From contig CAZUFC010000102.1 in assembly GCA_964619725.1 (NCBI GenBank), forward strand, positions 1 to 30,764: DNA of 30,764 nucleotides. Reading direction: 5' to 3'. The stretch is from an uncultured bacterium. Its GTDB lineage: Bacteria > CSSED10-310 > CAZUFC01. A program made the translations under genes and the position numbers. This document shows positions 29,545 to 30,764 of the stretch, piece after piece. Under the pieces are notes generated by a model, which saw nothing but the letters and a program-made list of their open reading frames with translations, did not search any database and had not been told where the DNA came from. Numbering within the stretch: the first letter of the stretch is position 1; every line of letters begins with the position of its first letter.

Positions 29545-29643
29545 GATAAACGTTTATGACATCAGCCGCATTCCGCAAATAAATACAGTCGCATTCAGAC
29601 AATCCATGATCAACGGCATCTCGGCTGCATGTCATGGTTGAAC
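29545..29643 (-). other. Degenerate integron attC site
   Basis: Minus strand: GTTCAAC-catga-catgcagccg ... cggctgatg-tcataaac-GTTtatc; one extrahelical base; right spacer 8 nt instead of 6. Confidence 0.7.
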
Positions 29644-29714
29644 GAGTATTTTGACATGTCATCATATGTAAATTCACCCCTCCCATATTTTTTCGTCGGG
29701 CCGATTTAAAGTCC

Positions 29715-30062
29715 CTACCGCCATTTTTCCCGCTTTCCCGTGATGAAATCTGCAGTTGATTCATCGTTGAAAGAAAATGTTTGCTCAATTTGATAAGCTT
29801 CTACCGCTAATTTTCCGGTCATATTTTCTAATTGAATACTCCTGTACTGCAGACCAGACGTCGGAACGATGATCGACCTATATCCATTATCTAATATTGA
29901 CTGTAAATCAACCAGCGTCACCAGAACTGCCTCCGTTTCAGTCTGGGGAGTTCTAATACTATATTCATGCATAGCTTTCGACATACCACCATCGCCAAGA
30001 AGCTGGAGAACAGGTGGGAAAGGCTTGATGAACGGGCGTGGAGTATTGTATAGGTGCATCAT
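29715..30062 (-). CDS. Hypothetical protein coupled to the upstream membrane protein
   Basis: 115-aa ORF with ATGA overlap on the stop of 30059-30673. Confidence 0.6.
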   Translation of the reverse strand: MMHLYNTPRPFIKPFPPVLQLLGDGGMSKAMHEYSIRTPQTETEAVLVTLVDLQSILDNGYRSIIVPTSGLQYRSIQLENMTGKLAVEAYQIEQTFSFNDESTADFITGKREKWR

Positions 30063-30673
30063 GTTCCTTCCTCACGCCCTGGTACTTCCTTCTGCTTCAG
30101 TGTTTTCTCGACAACCGGCTTTCGTGACTCATACGTATGTTCAATAAACGACCATGCTAACCAACCCACTATGGTGAGAAGCAGTGCAAAAAAAGTGAGT
30201 ACATAAACGGGGATCGCTAGTTCGTTGACCGAGAGTATCGTGCGTCCGCGGGCGCGATTACCCAAAAGTACGACAAATGTGGCAAACGCATTGAAAACTA
30301 CACCTCGTGCTATTCGTTCACGGTGTCGAAAATACTCTAAATGCTCTGTCAGCTTACCCTCTTGAGCCGCAACCCGTATGCGTGTTCCCTTAAGACTATC
30401 GTCGTGGCGACGAAGAAGTAATTCGATCATTCTTGATGGCCAAGCCCATCTATGAGAGAACCAGCTGAATGAAATATCCGCAATCCTATCAACACACACG
30501 CCCAATGCATAGGCTGCGAGGGTCAAAACAGCGAATAGCGCAGCTGAAAGACTGGCCAAAGATCGCGTGAGTGCCACTGGATCAATATCGAGAAGGATCG
30601 CAAGTGCCAATATTAACCAGACTAGCACTCCGGCACCACAGACCAAAAGCTCCACAAACATGACTGCGTTCAT
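30059..30673 (-). CDS. Hypothetical multi-pass membrane protein (cassette-borne)
   Basis: About four hydrophobic helices; RBS ggagg; GTTGGGC core site at 30699-30705 just upstream. Confidence 0.8.
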   Translation of the reverse strand: MNAVMFVELLVCGAGVLVWLILALAILLDIDPVALTRSLASLSAALFAVLTLAAYALGVCVDRIADISFSWFSHRWAWPSRMIELLLRRHDDSLKGTRIRVAAQEGKLTEHLEYFRHRERIARGVVFNAFATFVVLLGNRARGRTILSVNELAIPVYVLTFFALLLTIVGWLAWSFIEHTYESRKPVVEKTLKQKEVPGREEGT

Positions 30674-30712
30674 CTATAGACTACCTCCGAAGATTGCCGC
30701 CCAACGGCCTAG

Positions 30713-30764
30713 CCCGGATTTCTCATAGAGGCTCTTGCGGAAAAGCCCCCTTTCTGGTATAATC
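30713..30764. mobile_element. End of a family C-related element, cut by the window edge
   Basis: cccggatttctcata matches the ends at 482 and 18088; the sequence beyond it differs. Confidence 0.6.

Noticed and set aside
29507-29788. 93-aa minus-strand ORF
   Set aside because: Runs across the attC and overlaps the 115-aa gene; likely spurious.

Overview
Accessory, repeat-rich bacterial region with three parts. (1) Large exported or surface proteins: a VWA/Ig/FN3 adhesin-like protein, an S8 protease mosaic, a collagen-like protein, a glycoside-hydrolase-type propeller and an Asp-box propeller; four ORFs (two of them damaged) end in an [IV]P-x-x / TM / basic (IPTL-CTERM-like) tail. (2) An ECF sigma / zinc anti-sigma / DUF4097 operon, an acyl-CoA dehydrogenase, and an SDR plus FeS (6-4) photolyase pair. 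(3) A minus-strand integron cassette array (attC sites visible, no integrase in the window) with HEPN-like and PD-(D/E)XK-like, probably defensive, genes. At least four families of small non-coding elements are scattered through the window. The clearest is a ~200-bp structured MITE: its three full copies have target-site duplications, all lie inside genes, and removing them in silico restores a signal peptide, an ATGA translational coupling and a C-terminal anchor. A second family wraps NTCGNN hexamer arrays that all lie on the same strand. Protein family calls come from motifs read by eye; no database search was run.
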